Below the pieces are notes generated by a model that had not been told where the DNA came from, ran no database searches, and saw nothing but the letters and a program-made list of their open reading frames with translations. A stretch of DNA of 63,976 nucleotides, the filler included, from Licmophora abbreviata (lineage: Eukaryota): NCBI GenBank assembly GCA_900291995.1. It is 22 parts of 22 records of this genome, joined end to end, with 100 filler letters (N's around TTAATTAATTAA, not from the genome) between each part and the next. Parts side by side here need not be neighbours in the genome. Positions count along the whole stretch, not along the records: positions 62,340 to 63,976 come from OLMU01003186.1; 21 more parts are not named here. The stretch is one strand, 5' to 3'. Shown here in pieces: positions 63,497-63,976 of this stretch (its first letter is position 1; the number at the start of each line of letters is the position of its first letter). Position numbers and translations under genes: made by a program.

Positions 63497-63976
63497 ATGA
63501 AGCTTACCGTCAAGACCCTCAAGGGGAGTAAATTTCAGGTGGACGCAGAGCCATCGAGTACGATCGCGGAGGTCAAGGGCATCATTGTGAGTAAAACCTT
63601 GGCGTATTGCGTCATGTCATTGTGGGCACAACTGTTGCTGCTGCGCGCGTGACAGCTAGACCTCACCCCTGACTGGCGCTTTTGAGTTCAGGAGGCGTCA
63701 AATTCGGAGCTTCCGGCCGCTGGAATGAAATTGATTCATTCAGGAAAGGTATTGAAGGATGACGAGACAATCGAGGCTCGCAATATCAAGCCCAATGATT
63801 TTCTAGTCGTAATGGTAGCGAAGCAAAAGAAGCCAGCTGCTGCCCCCGCCCCGCCAGCTCCCGCTCCTGCTGCTTCGACTACACCAGCTACACCGGCACC
63901 TGCGGCTACACCTGCTACGGAAACCCCTGCTCCCCCAGCAGCAGCAGCCCCCGCGGCTCCTCCGGCACCAGCCCGT
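63497..63976 (+). CDS. RAD23: UV excision repair protein Rad23 (UBL domain; intron 63587-63691; 3'-partial)
   Basis: MKLTVKTLKGSKF..KLIHSGKVLKDD..FLVVMV followed by a P/A/T-rich linker. Confidence 0.92.

Noticed and set aside
11220..63976. POLE3, FANCD2-like, TOP2 and RAD23 as a DNA-repair cluster
   Set aside because: They are interspersed with unrelated genes and separated by unverified gaps; compatible with chance.

Overview
Gene-dense eukaryotic nuclear DNA, most consistent with a diatom. Evidence: short GT-AG introns (mostly 70-110 nt), bipartite plastid-targeting presequences (e.g. AEAF, AWAF) and diatom-type RRL motifs. The window is a pseudo-scaffold of 22 contigs joined by 21 artificial 100-nt spacers (N-run + TTAATTAATTAA + N-run), so many genes are interrupted and adjacency across a gap is proven only where the flanks overlap or a gene continues. 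About 30 protein genes are present. Confident calls: BRR2, TOP2, Lon, asparagine synthetase, homogentisate solanesyltransferase, La, RAD23, TSR3, POLE3/DPB4, an SLC34 Na/Pi cotransporter, an NHE, TMEM94, STIMATE, an ABC1 kinase, a ClpS-like protein, an ABC-class ATPase and a Mutator-like (MULE) transposase. No rRNA, tRNA or CRISPR array was seen, and I found no convincing novel multi-gene system. The most interesting observations are: a plastid bestrophin broken by a perfect 10-bp duplication (possible MULE footprint) plus a second frameshift; BRR2 with four introns all of 3n length, three stop-free; an NHE with a large Cys/RRL-bearing N-terminal extension; a four-CX9C membrane-anchored protein; a ClpS with an altered N-degron pocket; and a divergent FANCD2-like gene. 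All family assignments come from motif recognition by eye, with no database search.
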